Source of the DNA: Octopus sinensis
Taxonomy: Eukaryota
Length of the DNA: 64,000 nt
Direction of reading: 5' to 3'
Assembly: GCF_006345805.1 (NCBI RefSeq)
Contig: NC_043016.1
Coordinates: 31,558,001-31,622,000 of the forward strand
Shown here in pieces: positions 26,101 through 40,043 of this stretch. Both the position numbers and the translations under genes were made by a program. The stretch's first letter is position 1; each line of letters begins with the position of its first letter. The notes under the pieces are model-generated. The model searched no databases. It was not told the origin of the DNA and saw only the letters and a list, made by a program, of their open reading frames with translations.

Positions 26101-29100
26101 GAATTAATGATGGTGGGCTTCATCTGTGATGAACTAATGACAGTGAACTTTCCCTATGGTGAATTAATGATGGTGGGCTTCATCTGTGATGAACTAATGA
26201 CAGTGAACTTTCCCTATGGTGAATTAATGATGGTGGGCTTCCTCTGTGATGAACTAATGACAGTGAACTTTCCCTATGGTGAATTAATGATGGTGGGCTT
26301 CATCTGTGATGAACTAATGACAGTGAACTTTCCCTATGGTGAATTAATGATGGTGGGCTTCCTCTGTGATGAACTAATGACAGTGAACTTTCCCTATGGT
26401 GAATTAATGATGGTGGGCTTCATCTGTGATGAACTAATGACAGTGAACTTTCCCTATGGTGAATTAATGATGGTGGGCTTCATCTGTGATGAACTAATGA
26501 CAGTGAACTTTCCCTATGGTGAATTAATGATGGTGGGCTTCCTCTGTGATGAACTAATGACAGTGAACTTTCCTATGGTGAATTAATGATGGTGGGCTTC
26601 CTCTGTGATGAACTAATGACAGTGAACTTTCCTATGGTGAATTAATGATGGTGGGCTTCCTCTGTGATGAACTAATGACAGTGAACTTTCCCTATGGTGA
26701 ATTAATGATGGTGGGCTTCCTCTGTGATGAACTAATGACAGTGAACTTTCCCTATGGTGAATTAATGATGGTGGGCTTCCTCTGTGATGAACTAATGACA
26801 GTGAACTTTCCCTATGGTGAATTAATGATGGTGGGCTTCCTCTGTGATGAACTAATGACAGTGAACTTTCCCTATGGTGAATTAATGATGGTGGGCTTCC
26901 TCTGTGATGAACTAATGACAGTGAACTTTCCCTATGGTGAATTAATGATGGTGGGCTTCCTCTGTGATGAACTAATGACAGTGAACTTTCCCTATGGTGA
27001 ATTAATGATGGTGGGCTTCATCTGTGATGAACTAATGACAGTGAACTTTCCCTATGGTGAATTAATGATGGTGGGCTTCATCTGTGATGAACTAATGACA
27101 GTGAACTTTCCCTATGGTGAATTAATGATGGTGGGCTTCATCTGTGATGAACTAATGACAGTGAACTTTCCCTATGGTGAATTAATGATGGTGGGCTTCA
27201 TCTGTGATGAACTAATGACAGTGAACTTTCCCTATGGTGAATTAATGATGGTGGGCTTCATCTGTGATGAACTAATGACAGTGAACTTTCCCTATGGTGA
27301 ATTAATGATGGTGGGCTTCCTCTGTGATGAACTAATGACAGTGAACTTTCCCTATGGTGAATTAATGATGGTGGGCTTCCTCTGTGATGAACTAATGACA
27401 GTGAACTTTCCCTATGGTGAATTAATGATGGTGGGCTTCATCTGTGATGAACTAATGACAGTGAACTTTCCCTATGGTGAATTAATGATGGTGGGCTTCA
27501 TCTGTGATGAACTAATGACAGTGAACTTTCCCTATGGTGAATTAATGATGGTGGGCTTCATCTGTGATGAACTAATGACAGTGAACTTTCCCTATGGTGA
27601 ATTAATGATGGTGGGCTTCATCTGTGATGAACTAATGACAGTGAACTTTCCCTATGGTGAATTAATGATGGTGGGCTTCATCTGTGATGAACTAATGACA
27701 GTGAACTTTCGCTATGGTGAATTAATGATGGTGGGCTTCATCTGTGATGAACTAATGACAGTGAACTTTCCCTATGGTGAATTAATGATGGTGGGCTTCC
27801 TCTGTGATGAACTAATGACAGTGAACTTTCCCTATGGTGAATTAATGATGGTGGGCTTCCTCTGTGATGAACTAATGACAGTGAACTTTCGCTATGGTGA
27901 ATTAATGATGGTGGGCTTCCTCTGTGATGAACTAATGACAGTGAACTTTCCCTATGGTGAATTAATGATGGTGGGCTTCATCTGTGATGAACTAATGACA
28001 GTGAACTTTCCCTATGGTGAATTAATGATGGTGGGCTTCCTCTGTGATGAACTAATGACAGTGAACTTTCCTATGGTGAATTAATGATGGTGGGCTTCCT
28101 CTGTGATGAACTAATGACAGTGAACTTTCCCTATGGTGAATTAATGATGGTGGGCTTCCTCTGTGATGAACTAATGACAGTGAACTTTCCCTATGGTGAA
28201 TTAATGATGGTGGGCTTCCTCTGTGATGAACTAATGACAGTGAACTTTCCCTATGGTGAATTAATGATGGTGGGCTTCATCTGTGATGAACTAATGACAG
28301 TGAACTTTCCCTATGGTGAATTAATGATGGTGGGCTTCATCTGTGATGAACTAATGACAGTGAACTTTCCCTATGGTGAATTAATGATGGTGGGCTTCAT
28401 CTGTGATGAACTAATGACAGTGAACTTTCCTATGGTGAATTAATGATGGTGGGCTTCATCTGTGATGAACTAATGACAGTGAACTTTCCTATGGTGAATT
28501 AATGATGGTGGGCTTCATCTGTGATGAACTAATGACAGTGAACTTTCCCTATGGTGAATTAATGATGGTGGGCTTCATCTGTGATGAACTAATGACAGTG
28601 AACTTTCCCTATGGTGAATTAATGATGGTGGGCTTCCTCTGTGATGAACTAATGACAGTGAACTTTCCCTATGGTGAATTAATGATGGTGGGCTTCATCT
28701 GTGATGAACTAATGACAGTGAACTTTCCCTATGGTGAATTAATGATGGTGGGCTTCCTCTGTGATGAACTAATGACAGTGAACTTTCCTATGGTGAATTA
28801 ATGATGGTGGGCTTCATCTGTGATGAACTAATGACAGTGAACTTTCCTATGGTGAATTAATGATGGTGGGCTTCATCTGTGATGAACTAATGACAGTGAA
28901 CTTTCCTATGGTGAATTAATGATGGTGGGCTTCATCTGTGATGAACTAATGACAGTGAACTTTCCCTATGGTGAATTAATGATGGTGGGCTTCATCTGTG
29001 ATGAACTAATGACAGTGAACTTTCCCTATGGTGAATTAATGATGGTGGGCTTCCTCTGTGATGAACTAATGACAGTGAACTTTCCCTATGGTGAATTAAT

Positions 29101-32100
29101 GATGGTGGGCTTCCTCTGTGATGAACTAATGACAGTGAACTTTCCTATGGTGAATTAATGATGGTGGGCTTCATCTGTGATGAACTAATGACAGTGAACT
29201 TTCCCTATGGTGAATTAATGATGGTGGGCTTCATCTGTGATGAACTAATGACAGTGAACTTTCGCTATGGTGAATTAATGATGGTGGGCTTCCTCTGTGA
29301 TGAACTAATGACAGTGAACTTTCCCTATGGTGAATTAATGATGGTGGGCTTCATCTGTGATGAACTAATGACAGTGAACTTTCCCTATGGTGAATTAATG
29401 ATGGTGGGCTTCATCTGTGATGAACTAATGACAGTGAACTTTCCCTATGGTGAATTAATGATGGTGGGCTTCCTCTGTGATGAACTAATGACAGTGAACT
29501 TTCCCTATGGTGAATTAATGATGGTGGGCTTCATCTGTGATGAACTAATGACAGTGAACTTTCCCTATGGTGAATTAATGATGGTGGGCTTCATCTGTGA
29601 TGAACTAATGACAGTGAACTTTCCCTATGGTGAATTAATGATGGTGGGCTTCATCTGTGATGAACTAATGACAGTGAACTTTCCCTATGGTGAATTAATG
29701 ATGGTGGGCTTCATCTGTGATGAACTAATGACAGTGAACTTTCCCTATGGTGAATTAATGATGGTGGGCTTCATCTGTGATGAACTAATGACAGTGAACT
29801 TTCCCTATGGTGAATTAATGATGGTGGGCTTCATCTGTGATGAACTAATGACAGTGAACTTTCCCTATGGTGAATTAATGATGGTGGGCTTCATCTGTGA
29901 TGAACTAATGACAGTGAACTTTCCCTATGGTGAATTAATGATGGTGGGCTTCATCTGTGATGAACTAATGACAGTGAACTTTCCCTATGGTGAATTAATG
30001 ATGGTGGGCTTCATCTGTGATGAACTAATGACAGTGAACTTTCCCTATGGTGAATTAATGATGGTGGGCTTCCTCTGTGATGAACTAATGACAGTGAACT
30101 TTCCCTATGGTGAATTAATGATGGTGGGCTTCATCTGTGATGAACTAATGACAGTGAACTTTCCCTATGGTGAATTAATGATGGTGGGCTTCATCTGTGA
30201 TGAACTAATGACAGTGAACTTTCCCTATGGTGAATTAATGATGGTGGGCTTCATCTGTGATGAACTAATGACAGTGAACTTTCCCTATGGTGAATTAATG
30301 ATGGTGGGCTTCCTCTGTGATGAACTAATGACAGTGAACTTTCCCTATGGTGAATTAATGATGGTGGGCTTCATCTGTGATGAACTAATGACAGTGAACT
30401 TTCGCTATGGTGAATTAATGATGGTGGGCTTCATCTGTGATGAACTAATGACAGTGAACTTTCCCTATGGTGAATTAATGATGGTGGGCTTCCTCTGTGA
30501 TGAACTAATGACAGTGAACTTTCCCTATGGTGAATTAATGATGGTGGGCTTCATCTGTGATGAACTAATGACAGTGAACTTTCCCTATGGTGAATTAATG
30601 ATGGTGGGCTTCATCTGTGATGAACTAATGACAGTGAACTTTCCCTATGGTGAATTAATGATGGTGGGCTTCATCTGTGATGAACTAATGACAGTGAACT
30701 TTCCCTATGGTGAATTAATGATGGTGGGCTTCATCTGTGATGAACTAATGACAGTGAACTTTCCCTATGGTGAATTAATGATGGTGGGCTTCATCTGTGA
30801 TGAACTAATGACAGTGAACTTTCCCTATGGTGAATTAATGATGGTGGGCTTCATCTGTGATGAACTAATGACAGTGAACTTTCCCTATGGTGAATTAATG
30901 ATGGTGGGCTTCATCTGTGATGAACTAATGACAGTGAACTTTCCCTATGGTGAATTAATGATGGTGGGCTTCATCTGTGATGAACTAATGACAGTGAACT
31001 TTCCCTATGGTGAATTAATGATGGTGGGCTTCATCTGTGATGAACTAATGACAGTGAACTTTCCCTATGGTGAATTAATGATGGTGGGCTTCATCTGTGA
31101 TGAACTAATGACAGTGAACTTTCCCTATGGTGAATTAATGATGGTGGGCTTCATCTGTGATGAACTAATGACAGTGAACTTTCCCTATGGTGAATTAATG
31201 ATGGTGGGCTTCATCTGTGATGAACTAATGACAGTGAACTTTCCCTATGGTGAATTAATGATGGTGGGCTTCATCTGTGATGAACTAATGACAGTGAACT
31301 TTCCCTATGGTGAATTAATGATGGTGGGCTTCATCTGTGATGAACTAATGACAGTGAACTTTCCCTATGGTGAATTAATGATGGTGGGCTTCATCTGTGA
31401 TGAACTAATGACAGTGAACTTTCCCTATGGTGAATTAATGATGGTGGGCTTCATCTGTGATGAACTAATGACAGTGAACTTTCCCTATGGTGAATTAATG
31501 ATGGTGGGCTTCCTCTGTGATGAACTAATGACAGTGAACTTTCCCTATGGTGAATTAATGATGGTGGGCTTCATCTGTGATGAACTAATGACAGTGAACT
31601 TTCCCTATGGTGAATTAATGATGGTGGGCTTCATCTGTGATGAACTAATGACAGTGAACTTTCCCTATGGTGAATTAATGATGGTGGGCTTCATCTGTGA
31701 TGAACTAATGACAGTGAACTTTCCCTATGGTGAATTAATGATGGTGGGCTTCCTCTGTGATGAACTAATGACAGTGAACTTTCCCTATGGTGAATTAATG
31801 ATGGTGGGCTTCATCTGTGATGAACTAATGACAGTGAACTTTCCCTATGGTGAATTAATGATGGTGGGCTTCATCTGTGATGAACTAATGACAGTGAACT
31901 TTCCCTATGGTGAATTAATGATGGTGGGCTTCATCTGTGATGAACTAATGACAGTGAACTTTCCCTATGGTGAATTAATGATGGTGGGCTTCATCTGTGA
32001 TGAACTAATGACAGTGAACTTTCCCTATGGTGAATTAATGATGGTGGGCTTCATCTGTGATGAACTAATGACAGTGAACTTTCCTATGGTGAATTAATGA

Positions 32101-35100
32101 TGGTGGGCTTCATCTGTGATGAACTAATGACAGTGAACTTTCCCTATGGTGAATTAATGATGGTGGGCTTCATCTGTGATGAACTAATGACAGTGAACTT
32201 TCCCTATGGTGAATTAATGATGGTGGGCTTCATCTGTGATGAACTAATGACAGTGAACTTTCCCTATGGTGAATTAATGATGGTGGGCTTCATCTGTGAT
32301 GAACTAATGACAGTGAACTTTCCCTATGGTGAATTAATGATGGTGGGCTTCCTCTGTGATGAACTAATGACAGTGAACTTTCCCTATGGTGAATTAATGA
32401 TGGTGGGCTTCATCTGTGATGAACTAATGACAGTGAACTTTCCCTATGGTGAATTAATGATGGTGGGCTTCATCTGTGATGAACTAATGACAGTGAACTT
32501 TCCCTATGGTGAATTAATGATGGTGGGCTTCATCTGTGATGAACTAATGACAGTGAACTTTCCCTATGGTGAATTAATGATGGTGGGCTTCATCTGTGAT
32601 GAACTAATGACAGTGAACTTTCCCTATGGTGAATTAATGATGGTGGGCTTCATCTGTGATGAACTAATGACAGTGAACTTTCCTATGGTGAATTAATGAT
32701 GGTGGGCTTCATCTGTGATGAACTAATGACAGTGAACTTTCCCTATGGTGAATTAATGATGGTGGGCTTCCTCTGTGATGAACTAATGACAGTGAACTTT
32801 CCTATGGTGAATTAATGATGGTGGGCTTCATCTGTGATGAACTAATGACAGTGAACTTTCCCTATGGTGAATTAATGATGGTGGGCTTCATCTGTGATGA
32901 ACTAATGACAGTGAACTTTCCCTATGGTGAATTAATGATGGTGGGCTTCATCTGTGATGAACTAATGACAGTGAACTTTCCCTATGGTGAATTAATGATG
33001 GTGGGCTTCATCTGTGATGAACTAATGACAGTGAACTTTCGCTATGGTGAATTAATGATGGTGGGCTTCATCTGTGATGAACTAATGACAGTGAACTTTC
33101 CCTATGGTGAATTAATGATGGTGGGCTTCATCTGTGATGAACTAATGACAGTGAACTTTCCCTATGGTGAATTAATGATGGTGGGCTTCATCTGTGATGA
33201 ACTAATGACAGTGAACTTTCCCTATGGTGAATTAATGATGGTGGGCTTCATCTGTGATGAACTAATGACAGTGAACTTTCCCTATGGTGAATTAATGATG
33301 GTGGGCTTCATCTGTGATGAACTAATGACAGTGAACTTTCCTATGGTGAATTAATGATGGTGGGCTTCATCTGTGATGAACTAATGACAGTGAACTTTCC
33401 CTATGGTGAATTAATGATGGTGGGCTTCCTCTGTGATGAACTAATGACAGTGAACTTTCCCTATGGTGAATTAATGATGGTGGGCTTCATCTGTGATGAA
33501 CTAATGACAGTGAACTTTCCCTATGGTGAATTAATGATGGTGGGCTTCATCTGTGATGAACTAATGACAGTGAACTTTCGCTATGGTGAATTAATGATGG
33601 TGGGCTTCATCTGTGATGAACTAATGACAGTGAACTTTCCCTATGGTGAATTAATGATGGTGGGCTTCCTCTGTGATGAACTAATGACAGTGAACTTTCC
33701 CTATGGTGAATTAATGATGGTGGGCTTCATCTGTGATGAACTAATGACAGTGAACTTTCCTATGGTGAATTAATGATGGTGGGCTTCATCTGTGATGAAC
33801 TAATGACAGTGAACTTTCCCTATGGTGAATTAATGATGGTGGGCTTCATCTGTGATGAACTAATGACAGTGAACTTTCCCTATGGTGAATTAATGATGGT
33901 GGGCTTCATCTGTGATGAACTAATGACAGTGAACTTTCCCTATGGTGAATTAATGATGGTGGGCTTCATCTGTGATGAACTAATGACAGTGAACTTTCGC
34001 TATGGTGAATTAATGATGGTGGGCTTCATCTGTGATGAACTAATGACAGTGAACTTTCCCTATGGTGAATTAATGATGGTGGGCTTCATCTGTGATGAAC
34101 TAATGACAGTGAACTTTCCCTATGGTGAATTAATGATGGTGGGCTTCATCTGTGATGAACTAATGACAGTGAACTTTCCTATGGTGAATTAATGATGGTG
34201 GGCTTCATCTGTGATGAACTAATGACAGTGAACTTTCCCTATGGTGAATTAATGATGGTGGGCTTCCTCTGTGATGAACTAATGACAGTGAACTTTCCCT
34301 ATGGTGAATTAATGATGGTGGGCTTCATCTGTGATGAACTAATGACAGTGAACTTTCCCTATGGTGAATTAATGATGGTGGGCTTCATCTGTGATGAACT
34401 AATGACAGTGAACTTTCGCTATGGTGAATTAATGATGGTGGGCTTCATCTGTGATGAACTAATGACAGTGAACTTTCCCTATGGTGAATTAATGATGGTG
34501 GGCTTCATCTGTGATGAACTAATGACAGTGAACTTTCCCTATGGTGAATTAATGACGGTGGGCTTCATCTGTGATAAACTAATGACAGTGAACTTTCGCT
34601 ATGGTGAATTAATGATGGTGGGCTTCATCTGTGATGAACTAATGACAGTGAACTTTCCCTATGGTGAATTAATGACGGTGGGCTTCCTCTGTGATGAACT
34701 AATGACAGTGAACTTTCGCTATGGTGAATTAATGATGGTGGGCTTCATCTGTGATGAACTAATGACAGTGAACTTTCCCTATGGTGAATTAATGATGGTG
34801 GGCTTCATCTGTGATGAACTAATGACAGTGAACTTTCCTTATGGTGAATTAATGATGGTGGGCTTCATCTGTGATGAACTAATGACAGTGAACTTTCGCT
34901 ATGGTGAATTAATGATGGTGGGCTTCATCTGTGATGAACTAATGACAGTGAACTTTCGCTATGGTGAATTAATGATGGTGGGCTTCATCTGTGATGAACT
35001 AATGACAGTGAACTTTCCCTATGGTGAATTAATGATGGTGGGCTTCATCTGTGATGAACTAATGACAGTGAACTTTCCCTATGGTGAATTAATGATGGTG

Positions 35101-38100
35101 GGCTTCATCTGTGATGAACTAATGACAGTGAACTTTCCCTATGGTGAATTAATGATGGTGGGCTTCATCTGTGATGAACTAATGACAGTGAACTTTCCCT
35201 ATGGTGAATTAATGATGGTGGGCTTCCTCTGTGATGAACTAATGACAGTGAACTTTCCTATGGTGAATTAATGATGGTGGGCTTCATCTGTGATGAACTA
35301 ATGACAGTGAACTTTCCCTATGGTGAATTAATGATGGTGGGCTTCATCTGTGATGAACTAATGACAGTGAACTTTCCCTATGGTGAATTAATGATGGTGG
35401 GCTTCATCTGTGATGAACTAATGACAGTGAACTTTCCCTATGGTGAATTAATGATGGTGGGCTTCCTCTGTGATGAACTAATGACAGTGAACTTTCCCTA
35501 TGGTGAATTAATGATGGTGGGCTTCATCTGTGATGAACTAATGACAGTGAACTTTCCTATGGTGAATTAATGATGGTGGGCTTCATCTGTGATGAACTAA
35601 TGACAGTGAACTTTCCCTATGGTGAATTAATGATGGTGGGCTTCCTCTGTGATGAACTAATGACAGTGAACTTTCGCTATGGTGAATTAATGATGGTGGG
35701 CTTCCTCTGTGATGAACTAATGACAGTGAACTTTCCTATGGTGAATTAATGATGGTGGGCTTCATCTGTGATGAACTAATGACAGTGAACTTTCCCTATG
35801 GTGAATTAATGATGGTGGGCTTCCTCTGTGATGAACTAATGACAGTGAACTTTCCCTATGGTGAATTAATGATGGTGGGCTTCATCTGTGATGAACTAAT
35901 GACAGTGAACTTTCCCTATGGTGAATTAATGATGGTGGGCTTCCTCTGTGATGAACTAATGACAGTGAACTTTCCCTATGGTGAATTAATGATGGTGGGC
36001 TTCATCTGTGATGAACTAATGACAGTGAACTTTCGCTATGGTGAATTAATGATGGTGGGCTTCATCTGTGATGAACTAATGACAGTGAACTTTCCCTATG
36101 GTGAATTAATGACGGTGGGCTTCCTCTGTGATGAACTAATGACAGTGAACTTTCCCTATGGTGAATTAATGATGGTGGGCTTCATCTGTGATGAACTAAT
36201 GACAGTGAACTTTCGCTATGGTGAATTAATGATGGTGGGCTTCCTCTGTGATGAACTAATGACAGTGAACTTTCCCTATGGTGAATTAATGATGGTGGGC
36301 TTCATCTGTGATGAACTAATGACAGTGAACTTTCGCTATGGTGAATTAATGATGGTGGGCTTCCTCTGTGATGAACTAATGACAGTGAACTTTCCCTATG
36401 GTGAATTAATGATGGTGGGCTTCATCTGTGATGAACTAATGACAGTGAACTTTCGCTATGGTGAATTAATGATGGTGGGCTTCCTCTGTGATGAACTAAT
36501 GACAGTGAACTTTCCCTATGGTGAATTAATGACGGTGGGCTTCATCTGTGATGAACTAATGACAGTGAACTTTCCCTATGGTGAATTAATGATGGTGGGC
36601 TTCATCTGTGATGAACTAATGACAGTGAACTTTCGCTATGGTGAATTAATGATGGTGGGCTTCATCTGTGATGAACTAATGACAGTGAACTTTCCCTATG
36701 GTGAATTAATGATGGTGGGCTTCCTCTGTGATGAACTAATGACAGTGAACTTTCCCTATGGTGAATTAATGATGGTGGGCTTCATCTGTGATGAACTAAT
36801 GACAGTGAACTTTCGCTATGGTGAATTAATGATGGTGGGCTTCCTCTGTGATGAACTAATGACAGTGAACTTTCCCTATGGTGAATTAATGATGGTGGGC
36901 TTCATCTGTGATGAACTAATGACAGTGAACTTTCCCTATGGTGAATTAATGATGGTGGGCTTCATCTGTGATGAACTAATGACAGTGAACTTTCGCTATG
37001 GTGAATTAATGATGGTGGGCTTCCTCTGTGATGAACTAATGACAGTGAACTTTCCCTATGGTGAATTAATGATGGTGGGCTTCATCTGTGATGAACTAAT
37101 GACAGTGAACTTTCCCTATGGTGAATTAATGACGGTGGGCTTCATCTGTGATGAACTAATGACAGTGAACTTTCCCTATGGTGAATTAATGATGGTGGGC
37201 TTCATCTGTGATGAACTAATGACAGTGAACTTTCCCTATGGTGAATTAATGATGGTGGGCTTCCTCTGTGATGAACTAATGACAGTGAACTTTCCCTATG
37301 GTGAATTAATGATGGTGGGCTTCCTCTGTGATGAACTAATGACAGTGAACTTTCCCTATGGTGAATTAATGACGGTGGGCTTCATCTGTGATGAACTAAT
37401 GACAGTGAACTTTCCCTATGGTGAATTAATGACGGTGGGCTTCCTCTGTGATGAACTAATGACAGTGAACTTTCCCTATGGTGAATTAATGATGGTGGGC
37501 TTCATCTGTGATGAACTAATGACAGTGAACTTTCCCTATGGTGAATTAATGATGGTGGGCTTCATCTGTGATGAACTAATGACAGTGAACTTTCCCTATG
37601 GTGAATTAATGATGGTGGGCTTCCTCTGTGATGAACTAATGACAGTGAACTTTCCCTATGGTGAATTAATGATGGTGGGCTTCCTCTGTGATGAACTAAT
37701 GACAGTGAACTTTCCCTATGGTGAATTAATGATGGTGGGCTTCATCTGTGATGAACTAATGACAGTGAACTTTCCCTATGGTGAATTAATGATGGTGGGC
37801 TTCTCTGTGATGAACTAATGACAGTGAACTTTCCCTATGGTGAATTAATGATGGTGGGCTTCATCTGTGATGAACTAATGACAGTGAACTTTCCCTATGG
37901 TGAATTAATGATGGTGGGCTTCCTCTGTGATGAACTAATGACAGTGAACTTTCCCTATGGTGAATTAATGATGGTGGGCTTCATCTGTGATGAACTAATG
38001 ACAGTGAACTTTCCCTATGGTGAATTAATGATGGTGGGCTTCCTCTGTGATGAACTAATGACAGTGAACTTTCCCTATGGTGAATTAATGATGGTGGGCT

Positions 38101-39945
38101 TCCTCTGTGATGAACTAATGACAGTGAACTTTCCCTATGGTGAATTAATGATGGTGGGCTTCATCTGTGATGAACTAATGACAGTGAACTTTCCCTATGG
38201 TGAATTAATGATGGTGGGCTTCCTCTGTGATGAACTAATGACAGTGAACTTCCCTATGGTGAATTAATGATGGTGGGCTTCCTCTGTGATGAACTAATGA
38301 CAGTAAACTTTCCCTATGGTGAATTAATGACGGTGGGCTTCATCTGTGATGAACTAATGACAGTGAACTTTCGCTATGGTGAATTAATGATGGTGGGCTT
38401 CCTCTGTGATGAACTAATGACAGTGAACTTTCCCTATGGTGAATTAATGACGGTGGGCTTCATCTGTGATGAACTAATGACAGTGAACTTTCGCTATGGT
38501 GAATTAATGATGGTGGGCTTCCTCTGTGATGAACTAATGACAGTGAACTTTCCCTATGGTGAATTAATGATGGTGGGCTTCATCTGTGATGAACTAATGA
38601 CAGTGAACTTTCGCTATGGTGAATTAATGATGGTGGGCTTCCTCTGTGATGAACTAATGACAGTGAACTTTCCCTATGGTGAATTAATGATGGTGGGCTT
38701 CATCTGTGATGAACTAATGACAGTGAACTTTCGCTATGGTGAATTAATGATGGTGGGCTTCCTCTGTGATGAACTAATGACAGTGAACTTTCCCTATGGT
38801 GAATTAATGATGGTGGGCTTCATCTGTGATGAACTAATGACAGTGAACTTTCCCTATGGTGAATGAATGATGGTGGGCTTCATCTGTGATGAACTAATGA
38901 CAGTGAACTTTCGCTATGGTGAATTAATGATGGTGGGCTTCATCTGTGATGAACTAATGACAGTGAACTTTCCCTATGGTGAATTAATGATGGTGGGCTT
39001 CATCTGTGATGAACTAATGACAGTGAACTTTCGCTATGGTGAATTAATGATGGTGGGCTTCCTCTGTGATGAACTAATGACAGTGAACTTTCCCTATGGT
39101 GAATTAATGATGGTGGGCTTCATCTGTGATGAACTAATGACAGTGAACTTTCCCTATGGTGAATTAATGATGGTGGGCTTCATCTGTGATGAACTAATGA
39201 CAGTGAACTTTCCCTATGGTGAATTAATGATGGTGGGCTTCCTCTGTGATGAACTAATGACAGTGAACTTTCCCTATGGTGAATTAATGATGGTGGGCTT
39301 CATCTGTGATGAACTAATGACAGTGAACTTTCCCTATGGTGAATTAATGACGGTGGGCTTCCTCTGTGTTGAACTAATGACAGTGAACTTTCCCTATGGT
39401 GAATTAATGATGGTGGGCTTCCTCTGTGATGAACTAATGACAGTGAACTTTCGCTATGGTGAATTAATGATGGTGGGCTTCCTCTGTGATGAACTAATGA
39501 CAGTGAACTTTCCTATGGTGAATTAATGATGGTGGGCTTCCTCTGTGATGAACTAATGACAGTGAACTTTCCCTATGGTGAATTAATGATGGTGGGCTTC
39601 ATCTGTGATGAACTAATGACAGTGAACTTTCCCTATGGTGAATTAATGATGGTGGGCTTCCTCTGTGATGAACTAATGACAGTGAACTTTCCCTATGGTG
39701 AATTAATGATGGTGGGCTTCATCTGTGATGAACTGATGACGGTGGATTTCCCTTGTGGTGAACTGATGACGGTGGACTTCCTCTGTAGTGAATTGATGAC
39801 GGTGGACTTCCCCTGTAGTGAATTGATGACAGTGGACTTCCCCTGTGGTGAATTGCTGACAGTGGACTTCCCCTGTGGTGAATTGCTGACAGTGAACTTT
39901 CCCTGCAGTGAATCAAAGATGGTGAACTTTCTCTACAGTGAACTT
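20112..39945. repeat. ~19.8 kb tandem array, ~330 x 60-bp unit (diverged dimer of 30-bp monomers)
   Basis: Unit ATGGTGGGCTTC(A/C)TCTGTGATGAACTAATG-ACAGTGAACTTTC(C/G)CTATGGTGAATTAATG repeated almost perfectly. Diverged 30-bp monomers at both edges; about 30 59-bp variants. Confidence 0.98.
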
Positions 39946-39956
39946 ACCAGACACGG

Positions 39957-40043
39957 TAGAAGACACATGCCAAAGGTACTACACAGTGAAACTGAAATCA
40001 AGACCACATGGTTGAGAAGTAAGCTTCTTAACCACACAGCCAT
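39957..40043 (-). mobile_element. Right half (head end) of the same family-A SINE
   Basis: tagaagacacatgccaaagg...cttcttaaccacacagcca continues the family sequence exactly where the left half stops. Confidence 0.8.

Noticed and set aside
20112-39945. CRISPR array or telomeric repeat
   Set aside because: No unique spacers, no cas genes, eukaryotic context, and the unit is not TTAGGG-like.
19916-39956. Helitron or classical TIR/TSD transposon as the carrier of the array
   Set aside because: Neither orientation has TC...CTRR ends at an A-T site, no target duplication is clear, and the inverted match is not flush with the ends.
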